Both the position numbers and the translations under genes were made by a program. 64,000 nucleotides of DNA from a virus, in the IMG/VR virus record IMGVR_UViG_3300046007_008377, positions 5,009 through 69,008 of that record. One strand, 5' to 3'. This document shows positions 24,782 through 33,789 of this stretch, piece after piece. The notes beneath the pieces were generated by a model. That model did no database searches, was not told the DNA's origin, and saw only the letters and a list, made by a program, of their open reading frames with translations. Each line of letters opens with the position of its first letter. The first letter of the stretch is position 1.

Positions 24782-25768
24782 TTATTTAGATTTAATAATT
24801 AATTCTTTCTTTTTGTCGTCATACATAACAATTAAGTCAAAATCGTCGTCTGATACCGCAGGCAAACATTCTTCAAGTTGTTCAATTGTTTTTGATTTTT
24901 TAATATGTGCAACAACTCGTTCTCTTTCACTAGCTTTGTTTACAGCGTCTATATCAATCACTACTTCTTCGTGATCTACATATTGTGTTTCTACATCTAC
25001 TGTTTCTTCAGTAGAATTGGCAAATTTGTCATTTTTAATCACCGCTTGGTCGGAAATAAGCGCTTTCTGAACAGAAGTTGACAACGGCGCGTCTTTAGAT
25101 AAGTGCAATTTAATAACCGTTTTAGAAGCCATTTTTTCAAACATATCTTTCCATAGCCCAGTTCCAAACTTTTTGTAAGTCTGCGAGAATTTTTTTGCGT
25201 GAAGTTCAACTTCTTCTTTGGTCATGTAGAAAGTACTTTCAAAACCATTTTGAAGTTTGAAGTAAGAAATAAATCCGACAACTGGCTTAGTTAATCTTTC
25301 TTTATCATCTTGAATCCATCTGAATTTTATTTCTCCAGTCATTCTGTCTACAGATTCAATTTCGCCTTCTCGAACATCAGAATCATTCATTTTTAAGAAT
25401 TGTCCTGATCGCATTGCGAGTTGCTTGAGTCCTTTGGCCGAGATTTGAAACTGAACCATTGTTTTATAAGTGCCGTCGGCTTGTTTTGTATTAAACGGAA
25501 CTAAGAAGCTGTGGCCAATACTCGGGTTAATTGGTAAATCTAGCGTGGCAGCCATTAAAGCAGCAGTATATAGCGAGTTTTGATCCGCATTTGCTAATTG
25601 GCCATTGGAATTTACTACAGAAAGAATTGACGTAACAAAAGCAACACCTTTGTCTTTGTCGCCTAAAACTTCTGCGAATTTATTTTTAATACCATCTGAG
25701 TTAAGAAAATTAGATAGCGCTTTTACCCCAACTACAGGAGCTTGATTTGTTGTTGTTAAGTTTGACAT
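24782..25768 (-). CDS. recT: RecT family recombinase
   Basis: AATLDLPINPSIGHSFLVPF, QFQISAKGLKQLAMRSGQF, FEKMASKTVIK. Confidence 0.9.
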   Translation of the reverse strand: MSNLTTTNQAPVVGVKALSNFLNSDGIKNKFAEVLGDKDKGVAFVTSILSVVNSNGQLANADQNSLYTAALMAATLDLPINPSIGHSFLVPFNTKQADGTYKTMVQFQISAKGLKQLAMRSGQFLKMNDSDVREGEIESVDRMTGEIKFRWIQDDKERLTKPVVGFISYFKLQNGFESTFYMTKEEVELHAKKFSQTYKKFGTGLWKDMFEKMASKTVIKLHLSKDAPLSTSVQKALISDQAVIKNDKFANSTEETVDVETQYVDHEEVVIDIDAVNKASERERVVAHIKKSKTIEQLEECLPAVSDDDFDLIVMYDDKKKELIIKSK

Positions 25769-25771
25769 GAT

Positions 25772-25990
25772 TTACTTTTTAAATTGGTTTAAATATTTAC
25801 TTTCAATTCTTGGCGATTTCCCAACCATGATTTTAGGAATGGCGCCGTTTTTAATTTTTAGATTTATAGTGCTGCGAGATACTCCAGACAATTTAGCAAA
25901 TTCACTAATTGAATAATTGCGATTATCTTCATTTTTCACATTGATAACAATTGTATCTCCTGGATTAACTTCTATTATTTTTTCTGACAT
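25772..25990 (-). CDS. Excisionase-like HTH protein
   Basis: YSISEFAKLSGVSRSTI...GAIP...VGKSPRI. Confidence 0.7.
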   Translation of the reverse strand: MSEKIIEVNPGDTIVINVKNEDNRNYSISEFAKLSGVSRSTINLKIKNGAIPKIMVGKSPRIESKYLNQFKK

Positions 25991-25992
25991 AG

Positions 25993-27237
25993 CTATTGTT
26001 TTTTAGTCGGAACATTGTAATTTTTTTCAAGCCAAGAAACAAAAACTATCGTATCGTCGTACTCGTCTTGAACATTATGTTTTTCAAATTCATCGTAAAT
26101 GCTATTCCAGGTTTCTTCAATATCTTCAACTAGAACGTCAAAAATAATAGGACTTGTAACAATTATCCCTTTAACGTCTACATCTTCTTCGTGGTAGTTT
26201 TGATTGTCTATTACGTTTAAATCAATAGCTTCTTCTTCTAATTTAGCTTCTTCTTTACGCTTAGCTTCTGCTTGTTTTTCCTCAAATTCTTTTTTCTCTT
26301 TTTCAAATTTCTCTTGGGCAATTTGATTATTTTTGGCAATTTCTGCTTGTTCTTTAGTGAATTTCTCATGAGCAATTCTTTGTTCCTCTGCCTTAGAAAC
26401 AAATTCTATTTGCGAATGCAGTCTTTTTTCGGCTGAATTGTAAATTTCTTCATAAGCCGAAACATAATGCCTTAAATTGACCAATTTTGATTTGGCAAAA
26501 ACAGATTTCACATCAGCAATATCAGAAACAGAAAGCAAATCAATGTTTGCGGACCAAGTGCGTTGCCATTCTTGAATAAAATATTGTTCGGCATTTTTTT
26601 CTTCAATTACTAAACCGTCAATACGGATTTTTTCCTGCTCTTGTAAAACAGAAATTTTTTCTTTAAGGTACAACGAAAGCTCCTCAACTTTTAACGGAAA
26701 CAAAGATTCAAATTCTTGAAAAAAGGTTGCGTCAAATTCAGTATATGATTCATGAAAATTCGAAGCCACTTCTTCTATTTTTGCAAAAGTCATTAAATTA
26801 AAAGCATCTTTCCAACTAGCAACGTAATCGTTAATTTCTCTTTTAATATTATCTATTCGCTCTTGTTCCAGGCGTAACTTTTCTTTACGCTCTTGCTCTT
26901 TCTTTTCTTCCCATACATCAACTTTTGCTTGACGTTGATTTTCGGCAGATTTTACATTTTCAATAAGAAAATCGTATTCTTTTTTTACAGAATCAATTAC
27001 AATTACCTTTAGCTTGGTAATTACTTCTTTAGATTCTCTTTCAAGTCCGGTTCGAAGTGTTTTTACAGCGGTTCTTGATTTTTTCATTTCCTCATAAGAA
27101 GCGATGTCTTCAACTTCTTTAATTGGATTTGCCTTGATCACCTCGGCGATAGCTTCTTTTTTACCTTGCAGCTCAGGTAAATATTCAGACCTGAATTTTG
27201 ACAAGTCCATAATTTCGGTTTCTTGCTTTTTTGCCAT
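25993..27237 (-). CDS. Coiled-coil protein of recombination module (Gam/DUF1351-like by position)
   Basis: 414 aa E/K-rich helical protein heading the recT operon. Confidence 0.45.
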   Translation of the reverse strand: MAKKQETEIMDLSKFRSEYLPELQGKKEAIAEVIKANPIKEVEDIASYEEMKKSRTAVKTLRTGLERESKEVITKLKVIVIDSVKKEYDFLIENVKSAENQRQAKVDVWEEKKEQERKEKLRLEQERIDNIKREINDYVASWKDAFNLMTFAKIEEVASNFHESYTEFDATFFQEFESLFPLKVEELSLYLKEKISVLQEQEKIRIDGLVIEEKNAEQYFIQEWQRTWSANIDLLSVSDIADVKSVFAKSKLVNLRHYVSAYEEIYNSAEKRLHSQIEFVSKAEEQRIAHEKFTKEQAEIAKNNQIAQEKFEKEKKEFEEKQAEAKRKEEAKLEEEAIDLNVIDNQNYHEEDVDVKGIIVTSPIIFDVLVEDIEETWNSIYDEFEKHNVQDEYDDTIVFVSWLEKNYNVPTKKQ

Positions 27238-27267
27238 TTTTAGTTTGATTTTAAATTTTTATTAGCG

Positions 27268-27275
27268 CAAAGATA
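27268..27275 (-). promoter_or_regulatory. -7 box (TATCTTTG) for recombination operon
   Basis: TAnnTTTG 30 nt upstream of the 27237 start. Confidence 0.6.
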
Positions 27276-27289
27276 AAAATACTTTCTGA

Positions 27290-27470
27290 TAATCGGACAA
27301 TAATTGTATTATTTTTTATTGAAAATTGTATTTTATAACTCGGAGTAGAATATTTCTTACATTTATAAAGTTACTTAAAACATTGAATTGTTAGTGTTTA
27401 CAATACAATCGGAATAGGATTATGCTTTTTAAAATAAAATTGTATCATAATTGTATTATTTAATCAAAAT
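27290..27470. other. Candidate attP (repeated AATTGTAT arm-like sites)
   Basis: Four AATTGTAT copies in two clusters flanking a non-coding core, between divergent promoters near the integrase. Confidence 0.35.
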
Positions 27471-27477
27471 TGTTTTT

Positions 27478-27485
27478 TACATTTG
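27478..27485 (+). promoter_or_regulatory. -7 box (TACATTTG)
   Basis: TAnnTTTG upstream of 27520. Confidence 0.6.
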
Positions 27486-27519
27486 CGCCAATCATTAATA
27501 ACAATTAAAATTTAAAAAC

Positions 27520-28035
27520 ATGAAAAAAATTATTATTGCGCTATTCGTAGCAACAAGTTCATTTGCTCAAACAACAACGCCTTTTGTAATTGAGCATTGC
27601 GTTGATAGAATGACTGACAGAGAGTATTATTTCACTAGGAAAAAATTGATTTGCGCCAACGAGACCAAGACAAAGGGATTCACTATAACTCCAGATTTTA
27701 GAGCTGACGGAAATTCGTTTATTAATAGCGGATTTACTTGTAAAAACGTAAACATAGGTAATTGTGATGAAAATGACGATCTTATCATATTGTTTGATGA
27801 TAATAGTAAAATCTCACTTACTTCTTGGAACAAATTTAATTGTGAAGGTAATGCGTATTTCAATTTTTCAGATGAAGATTTGGCTCAATTGTCAACTAAA
27901 AAGGTAAGCTCAATTAGGTTTACAAACGGCAGAACATACGAAAGTCTTACGGTTAAATTAAAGATTGAGCAAAAAGATTATTTTATTAAAGCATACACCA
28001 TGCAAAAAGTTGTAGAGATTGACTGCTCAAAATAA
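27520..28035 (+). CDS. Secreted/periplasmic hypothetical protein (moron-like)
   Basis: Signal peptide MKKIIIALFVATSSFAQ with Bacteroidota-typical A-Q cleavage. Confidence 0.65.
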   Translation: MKKIIIALFVATSSFAQTTTPFVIEHCVDRMTDREYYFTRKKLICANETKTKGFTITPDFRADGNSFINSGFTCKNVNIGNCDENDDLIILFDDNSKISLTSWNKFNCEGNAYFNFSDEDLAQLSTKKVSSIRFTNGRTYESLTVKLKIEQKDYFIKAYTMQKVVEIDCSK

Positions 28036-28040
28036 ATATA

Positions 28041-28811
28041 ATGCGAAACAAAAATATGATTGAGCCACAAAATATGCAATGCGCGCAAACGAATGTTATG
28101 CAGCGGTGTGGGTTGTTTGAAGGAAACGCTATGGATTTGCTTTTTGATTTAGAAGATCATAGCGTAGATTTGACAATATTAGATCCCGATTATCAAGATT
28201 GGGATAAACTTTGCGAAGAAGGATTAATTTGCGAAGCTGTAAGAGTTACTAAATTGACTGGAAATATTATTTGTTTTACAAAACAGCCATTTGATTTTAA
28301 TTTAAGAAACGAAGTAAACCATATTTTTAGACGCGAAATAATTTGGACTTTTTCAAACGGTGGAGCTTGGGTAAGTAAAAAAATGCCTTTAGTATCATTC
28401 CAAAAAATATTCTGGTTAACATTATCAAAAGAATTTTATATCGACGTTAGAACAGGATTAGATTACAACGAAAATACAAAAGATATGAAAAGATTAAGTA
28501 AGGTTTTTGGCGATTGGAAAGAAGAAGGAAAAGAATTTGAAAAATCAAAAGAAGGAACTTGGATAAGGGATCACTACCATTTTAATAAACCGCATACAGG
28601 TAAAATACCATCAAAACCGAAGGATTTAATCAAAATATTAATTAAATGCTTTTGCCCTGAAAATGGAGTTGTTTTAGATCCCTTTTTTGGCAGCGGAATA
28701 GTTGGCGATGTGTGCAATAAATTAAATAGAAATTTTATTGCGTTTGAAATTGACGAACAAAGGGTAAAAATGTTCAATGATAAGCAAAGTGCTAATACTT
28801 TCTGCTTATGA
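28041..28811 (+). CDS. N4/N6 DNA methyltransferase, beta class
   Basis: VDLTILDPDY (motif IV variant), PSKP, VLDPFFGSG (motif I), FIAFEID. True start may be a few codons downstream. Confidence 0.85.
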   Translation: MRNKNMIEPQNMQCAQTNVMQRCGLFEGNAMDLLFDLEDHSVDLTILDPDYQDWDKLCEEGLICEAVRVTKLTGNIICFTKQPFDFNLRNEVNHIFRREIIWTFSNGGAWVSKKMPLVSFQKIFWLTLSKEFYIDVRTGLDYNENTKDMKRLSKVFGDWKEEGKEFEKSKEGTWIRDHYHFNKPHTGKIPSKPKDLIKILIKCFCPENGVVLDPFFGSGIVGDVCNKLNRNFIAFEIDEQRVKMFNDKQSANTFCL

Positions 28812-30058
28812 ATATAGTTTTCAATTTGCAAACCGGAAAAAAAAGTAATCAACTGATGATTCGGCTTTATAAAAATAAATTTGACGTTAGTTGTGGTATT
28901 GGAATTGGCCTAGATTTTTGCGACTGGAACCAACAATTACAATCGTCAAATTCGCCAATTATCAACCAAAAGCTATCTGAACTAAAGTCAAACGTTTTAA
29001 AGGCCTACAACGAGAGTTTTATCCAAGGAACAATAATAGATAAGCAATTTGTAAAAAACATCATTTGCGAGTGCTTCAATCGTCCTACAAAGGAAATATC
29101 ACAAGTTAATTCAGATGTATTTATTTATTATTCTGATTTCGCTAATAATTGGCTCAACACGAAAGCGGATCAATGGAAAATTTCGGCCAAACAAACCATG
29201 CCTAAGTATTTGAAAAAGCAATACGAGGACTTTTTAGATTTGTTTTTGGATTACGAGAAAATGCTTGATTCTAAATTAGTATTGAAGGATTTGTGTATTG
29301 ACGATTTTTACAATTTTGCCAATTACCTGGAGGACGAAGGCTACAACCCAAGCACTATAAAAAGAATGCTGTCTAGAATGAAGTTTTTTTGCGCCAGGTG
29401 TAGCGAAGAAGGAATAAAAGTTTCTTCAGCATTTACGCAGCGAGTTTTTGTAGATGATGATAGCGGCGATATTGAAGGCGTTTACTTAAACGAGGAAGAA
29501 ATCGATAGAATTTTCAATTTAGATTTAGATCACGATTTTGTTCTTGATAATATTCGGGACAATTTTTTGATTAGCTGCTGGTCTGGATTAAGAATTTCTG
29601 ACTTCTTATACAATCTAAAAACCGACAATATAAAAGACGGATTCATTTCAATTAAGACACAAAAAACTAAGTCTTTTGTCAAGTTGCCTATTCATGCTCA
29701 CATAAAATTTGTTTTAGACAAACGCTTTGGCCAATTGCCAAAAAAAATGTCAGCTACCGAGTACAATAAGCAATTAAAGGTAGTTTGCCAATTAGCCGGA
29801 ATAGACAATTTAGTTTACGGAAAAGTCTGGAATCCAATAACCAAAAGAAAAGAACGTAAATACTTGCCAAAACATGCTTTTTGCACCTCACACATAGGCA
29901 GAAAGTCTCTGTGTACTAACCTAGCGGGTAAAGTTCCAAAAGAATTAATTCAAAACATATTTGGTTGGGCCGATTCTAAAATGATAGATTACTACAATCA
30001 AACTACAAAAACCGATTACGCAGAAAAGCTACAAGAATATTGGAACGCTAAAAAATAA
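28808..30058 (+). CDS. int: Tyrosine integrase
   Basis: GLRISD, KTQKT, SHIGRKS, FGW, DYY catalytic set; N-terminal arm-binding and SAM-like regions of Bacteroidota integrases. Confidence 0.9.
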   Translation: MNIVFNLQTGKKSNQLMIRLYKNKFDVSCGIGIGLDFCDWNQQLQSSNSPIINQKLSELKSNVLKAYNESFIQGTIIDKQFVKNIICECFNRPTKEISQVNSDVFIYYSDFANNWLNTKADQWKISAKQTMPKYLKKQYEDFLDLFLDYEKMLDSKLVLKDLCIDDFYNFANYLEDEGYNPSTIKRMLSRMKFFCARCSEEGIKVSSAFTQRVFVDDDSGDIEGVYLNEEEIDRIFNLDLDHDFVLDNIRDNFLISCWSGLRISDFLYNLKTDNIKDGFISIKTQKTKSFVKLPIHAHIKFVLDKRFGQLPKKMSATEYNKQLKVVCQLAGIDNLVYGKVWNPITKRKERKYLPKHAFCTSHIGRKSLCTNLAGKVPKELIQNIFGWADSKMIDYYNQTTKTDYAEKLQEYWNAKK

Positions 30059-30065
30059 AAACAAA

Positions 30066-30096
30066 AAAAAACCTTGACTGACAATCAAGGTTTTTT
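30066..30096. terminator. Bidirectional intrinsic terminator
   Basis: AAAAAACCTTGA-ctgacaa-TCAAGGTTTTTT between convergent genes. Confidence 0.75.
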
Positions 30097-30112
30097 ATTA
30101 GGTTCTGTTTTG

Positions 30113-30472
30113 CTAATTATGGTTGTACTGAATCGAATCTATAAGCGCTGTTGCAGTAATATTCTTTTTACTATCTAAGTTGTACTGAAACATACTTTGG
30201 TGCGTTGTGTACGTAGGAAATCCTAATACGTCTACTCCGGTTTGAAAAGTGCAACTTGTTGTTTCAAATCTTTCTGTCAAGTTTTTTGTTTGAATTACTT
30301 TAAGTTCTAAGTCTTTTACTAATTTGTAAAGTTGTTCTTCTTTGCCGATCCATTGACTTTTAAGGAATAGTTTGCCGCCAGGGGTTATCTTTGGCTTGTC
30401 AGAATTTTGAAACTCAATACATTTAATATACCTATTAAGTAATTCTTCTAATTTTGGAATTGATTTTTTCAT
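30113..30472 (-). CDS. Hypothetical protein (early cluster)
   Basis: 119 aa ORF in tightly packed minus-strand run. Confidence 0.6.
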   Translation of the reverse strand: MKKSIPKLEELLNRYIKCIEFQNSDKPKITPGGKLFLKSQWIGKEEQLYKLVKDLELKVIQTKNLTERFETTSCTFQTGVDVLGFPTYTTHQSMFQYNLDSKKNITATALIDSIQYNHN

Positions 30473-30477
30473 AAAAT

Positions 30478-30729
30478 TTAAAGTGTAGATTCGCTAATTA
30501 ACTCCTTAAGAACTTCAAGCTGATAGCCGCCAATATTTGAAGGAATTACCTTTGTGTTATTGTAAACGTTCAAAGCATTCGTGATCAATTCCCTGGACTG
30601 TCTTTTAATCAAAAGAGGTTGATGTATCTTATTATTCAAATGCGGTTTGTTAGGATTGATTTTTCCTAAATTTTGGTAAACTTTTGTCTGTTCAATTACA
30701 GATGATGCAATAAGGTCGTTTGAGCTCAT
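30478..30729 (-). CDS. Hypothetical protein
   Basis: 83 aa ORF, operon packing. Confidence 0.55.
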   Translation of the reverse strand: MSSNDLIASSVIEQTKVYQNLGKINPNKPHLNNKIHQPLLIKRQSRELITNALNVYNNTKVIPSNIGGYQLEVLKELISESTL

Positions 30730-30735
30730 TTTGTT

Positions 30736-31047
30736 TTAAGTTACTTGGGTTTTCAAATATTCAATTTGTTTGCTTAAAATTTCAAAAAACAAATTTCTTT
30801 TTCCTTTGTGTGTGTCAAGGTTTTTTGCAAAAACATCTTTTTCAATAAGCAGTATTACTTTTTTGTCTATTTCTATAGTCGCGTACTTCTCAAATCTGCC
30901 AATTACTCCGGCGTCAAGACATACAACGTCACCAAAAATACTATTTCTTTTAAGAATAGTAAAAACATTTCTCTCAAATCTTTTGGATCCGCGCTCGTTA
31001 TCAACATCGCAGATCCGGTTGGTTACAATTATTTTCATAAGATACAA
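30736..31047 (-). CDS. Hypothetical protein
   Basis: About 100 aa ORF, operon packing. Confidence 0.55.
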   Translation of the reverse strand: MYLMKIIVTNRICDVDNERGSKRFERNVFTILKRNSIFGDVVCLDAGVIGRFEKYATIEIDKKVILLIEKDVFAKNLDTHKGKRNLFFEILSKQIEYLKTQVT

Positions 31048-31114
31048 TATAAAATTATTACAGCAATAATAAACAAAAATCTAAATATTACTTCTTTTTT
31101 TTCACTTGATATTT

Positions 31115-31294
31115 TCATTCTTCGATTAATTTTTTAAGACTACTTTTTTGATTAGTTGAAATTTCTACAATTGGCAAATTAAAAGCCGGATCGTGTACAC
31201 AAGATAAGTTTGTATAATTTGGTAATTCACGAATTGAGGCAATCCATTTCATCTGAATTGCCTGGTTGTGTTTGTCTATTACTTTTTTCATCAT
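31115..31294 (-). CDS. Hypothetical protein (59 aa, below cutoff)
   Basis: MMKKVIDKHNQAIQMKW..., ATGA-coupled to the 31291 gene. Confidence 0.5.
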   Translation of the reverse strand: MMKKVIDKHNQAIQMKWIASIRELPNYTNLSCVHDPAFNLPIVEISTNQKSSLKKLIEE

Positions 31295-31569
31295 TGCATT
31301 CCTAAGATTTTTTTAATTGACTTAATTTCTTCAGGAAAGAACTGCGAACTTTTTGTATTAATTACGTAATTCATTCTAGAAGTGGTAATATAGCATTTTG
31401 AAGCTAGTTCGTGCAGCTCTAATCCCAAGTAAGACAATTCGTCTCGGATCCGTTCTCTAAATTCAACATGATCAAAGCCAATAATACTTTCGTGAATTTC
31501 AAATTGCTCTACTAAAACCTTATTGATTTTAGATTGATAGTATCTGTATTGTGTTTTGTTAGCGGCCAT
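31291..31569 (-). CDS. Putative Cro/XRE-like HTH regulator
   Basis: LGLELHELASKCYITTSRMNYVIN...EEIKSIKKILG. Confidence 0.5.
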   Translation of the reverse strand: MAANKTQYRYYQSKINKVLVEQFEIHESIIGFDHVEFRERIRDELSYLGLELHELASKCYITTSRMNYVINTKSSQFFPEEIKSIKKILGMQ

Positions 31570-31732
31570 TTTCGAAGTTCTTAAGAAATTTGAGTGTTCC
31601 TAAAATAAACATTGACAATCCGCCAATTGGAACCAGGAGAAACCAACGATCCCAATTCCAATACTCAGCAGCTAAAAAGCCGCAAAACAAAAATGTAAGT
31701 CCAGCGGACATTAAAATTAGACTATTTTTCAT
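31559..31732 (-). CDS. Small two-TM membrane protein (57 aa)
   Basis: MKNSLILMSAGLTFLFCGFLAAEYWNWDRWFLLVPIGGLSMFILGTLKF..., read by hand. Confidence 0.55.
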   Translation of the reverse strand: MKNSLILMSAGLTFLFCGFLAAEYWNWDRWFLLVPIGGLSMFILGTLKFLKNFENGR

Positions 31733-31734
31733 AA

Positions 31735-32103
31735 TTATTGATTTTGTTGATTATACCATTTAATAAACTCTACTACTGCTTTATATGTTGCTTGTAGTTT
31801 AGTATCCTCTAGTTCGGAATAATAATTTTTTGAGCTAGTTTCTATGTAGCATACGTTTTCTCGTATCTCTACTATAACTTTTAAACTCTCAATCTTCTCA
31901 ACCACTTCCATTAACCAATTCCAATCGGAATGAAATTTCATTTCTATTGGCGTTATCAATACGTTTTTCTCTTTATTAAAACACTCCCAATTTTGAATAT
32001 ACTCTTTATTGTCTATGTAAACTTTTGTAACTCCGTTATTTTTAAGATGGTTTTCAAACCCCATAAACTCGGCTATCAATTTGTTGTTTTCTGTTGTGTT
32101 CAT
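31735..32103 (-). CDS. Hypothetical phage protein
   Basis: NKLIAEFMG...FHSDWNWLMEVVEKIE...YKAVVEFIKWYN. Confidence 0.7.
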   Translation of the reverse strand: MNTTENNKLIAEFMGFENHLKNNGVTKVYIDNKEYIQNWECFNKEKNVLITPIEMKFHSDWNWLMEVVEKIESLKVIVEIRENVCYIETSSKNYYSELEDTKLQATYKAVVEFIKWYNQQNQ

Positions 32104-32109
32104 TTTTAT

Positions 32110-32394
32110 TTAGTTTTTAAGTTCAAAAATTAAGTTGTCTATTTTCGAGTGAGAATTTATATAATCCTGGATTGTTTTGTCGGTGTTTTTAAAACGATAA
32201 TTAAATGATTTTTTTACTTCATTACCCTTGTTTTTAAACGTTGACTTGCTTTTTTCGGTAATTGGACTTTTAATAAGACTTAGCTTAATATACTTATCGA
32301 AAAAGTCTTTTTTTGCGTGGCTGCATTCAGCTACTTTTTTATTGTTAATAGTCCAAAAACCGTCTACAATTTTAATCTCTATTTGATTCTTCAT
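32110..32394 (-). CDS. Hypothetical protein
   Basis: 94 aa ORF. Confidence 0.55.
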   Translation of the reverse strand: MKNQIEIKIVDGFWTINNKKVAECSHAKKDFFDKYIKLSLIKSPITEKSKSTFKNKGNEVKKSFNYRFKNTDKTIQDYINSHSKIDNLIFELKN

Positions 32395-32401
32395 GGTTAC
32401 T

Positions 32402-32605
32402 TTATTTTAAGTGAGTAATTTGTTCTGTTTTCCGTAAATTGTAAGGAATTGCGTCAAGCTCGTAATCGATTGTAAAACCTATTTTTTCTAGATCGTTTTT
32501 TAGATCCTCACAAGCAATATAATCAAATTCATCTAAGATATATAAGTCAAGCACTTTGCTTACTTCTTGCGGTATTTTTTCGGGTGTTTTGAATAGGTCT
32601 TTCAT
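32402..32605 (-). CDS. Hypothetical protein
   Basis: 67 aa, DLF...GFTIDYELDAIPYNL. Confidence 0.65.
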   Translation of the reverse strand: MKDLFKTPEKIPQEVSKVLDLYILDEFDYIACEDLKNDLEKIGFTIDYELDAIPYNLRKTEQITHLK

Positions 32606-33072
32606 GATGTTGGTTTTTTAAATTTTTTAATTGCTAATGACGAAAACAATCCGACAAAAATTTGCCCTTTTAAACGATCGGATATTTTATTGCCGTTGCA
32701 GTCTACTTCGTACCAAAAACCATATCCGTCTCCGTCTCCGTCGTATCTTAATAAAGCGCCTTTATTAGTTTTGTAAGTATGAGCTGTAAATTGGTTTTTT
32801 GTATGTGTGTTTTCCATAAACGACGGCGTAAATATGACTTTTTCGCCTTTTTCATTATATTGATAGTTGGTAACAACAAATATTCCATTACGGTCGCTAT
32901 AATCTAATTTACCTAGTTTTTTCAGGTGTTTTTTAGCATATTGCATTGCTTTTTTTTCGTCTTCTGTTCTGTAGAGAAATTGTGCTAAATTGTATTTAGA
33001 AACGCTATAACAACCTTTGTAAATTTCTTGTACTGAAAATTCGTGTTTGCCGTGCATAATTGTATTTTTCAT
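32602..33072 (-). CDS. Hypothetical protein
   Basis: 156 aa, ATGA-coupled. Confidence 0.6.
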   Translation of the reverse strand: MKNTIMHGKHEFSVQEIYKGCYSVSKYNLAQFLYRTEDEKKAMQYAKKHLKKLGKLDYSDRNGIFVVTNYQYNEKGEKVIFTPSFMENTHTKNQFTAHTYKTNKGALLRYDGDGDGYGFWYEVDCNGNKISDRLKGQIFVGLFSSLAIKKFKKPTS

Positions 33073-33084
33073 TTTTTTATATTT

Positions 33085-33252
33085 TTAAATTAAACTATTT
33101 GAAGCAATAATCCTGACTTCATACAATCCGTTACAATAAACCTGGACGTTATTGTATTTTTCGTAAAGTCTGTGTCTTTTTTCTTGCGCCTTTCTAATTT
33201 CCGTTTCGGTCTCGTATGGCATTGTGTAAACGATTTCTTTTTTGGTTTTCAT
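33085..33252 (-). CDS. Hypothetical protein (55 aa)
   Basis: Likely start MKTKKEIVY at 33252 rather than the track's 33357. Confidence 0.55.
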   Translation of the reverse strand: MKTKKEIVYTMPYETETEIRKAQEKRHRLYEKYNNVQVYCNGLYEVRIIASNSLI

Positions 33253-33274
33253 GATGTTAATTTTTAAAATTGAT

Positions 33275-33430
33275 TTAAATTTTGTTTTTGTAAGGCGCGT
33301 CATTATAAGATTGATAATTGCAATTTTTGCAAAGGTCCTGATCGTTGTCCACGTCAAAATCCATTTCTTTTTTTGGGAAATGTTCGTGACAACAATTACA
33401 CATAAACTTAGGTTCGTTATTTTTTTTCAT
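33275..33430 (-). CDS. Small zinc-finger-like protein (51 aa)
   Basis: MKKNNEPKFMCNCCHEHF...DLCKNCNY: two CxxC pairs; read by hand. Confidence 0.6.
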   Translation of the reverse strand: MKKNNEPKFMCNCCHEHFPKKEMDFDVDNDQDLCKNCNYQSYNDAPYKNKI

Positions 33431-33433
33431 TTC

Positions 33434-33544
33434 TTAAGAATTATAGATTAAATAATTAGCTACGATATAAATTAAGAACGTGTATAAATACAACATTCCA
33501 ATACTTGCGTTTCTTTTACTGTTGTTAAATTCAGAATTTTTCAT
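33434..33544 (-). CDS. Small membrane peptide (36 aa)
   Basis: MKNSEFNNSKRNASIGMLYLYTFLIYIVANYLIYNS; fills operon gap. Confidence 0.4.
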   Translation of the reverse strand: MKNSEFNNSKRNASIGMLYLYTFLIYIVANYLIYNS

Positions 33545-33548
33545 TTTT

Positions 33549-33773
33549 CTATTCATTAAATAGGATCGCGTCCCGGTTAGCATTTAATTTAATAGTTTCA
33601 AAATCTGACTTCTCACAAGCAATAAAAAATAAATTGACCTTTGTATTGTCTAAACAATAACTTTGCTTAATTGCAGCCAAAAAATCGTTTTTAGTTTGCG
33701 TTTCATTAGTAACCAGGTGCGCAAAGTTGCGCACTTGGTCTTGGAATAGAAAATTTAGGTTTGTCTGTTTCAT
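33549..33773 (-). CDS. Hypothetical protein
   Basis: 74 aa ORF. Confidence 0.6.
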   Translation of the reverse strand: MKQTNLNFLFQDQVRNFAHLVTNETQTKNDFLAAIKQSYCLDNTKVNLFFIACEKSDFETIKLNANRDAILFNE

Positions 33774-33789
33774 TTTTTTAGTTTTAAAA

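Noticed and set aside
27337-27350. ACTCGGAG as a tRNA-derived att core
   Set aside because: Only about 8 nt of resemblance; not supportable without a host genome.
28070-28110. GTTATGC-containing stretch at the MTase 5' end as an attC-like cassette site
   Set aside because: No matching inverse core site or second copy found in the window.
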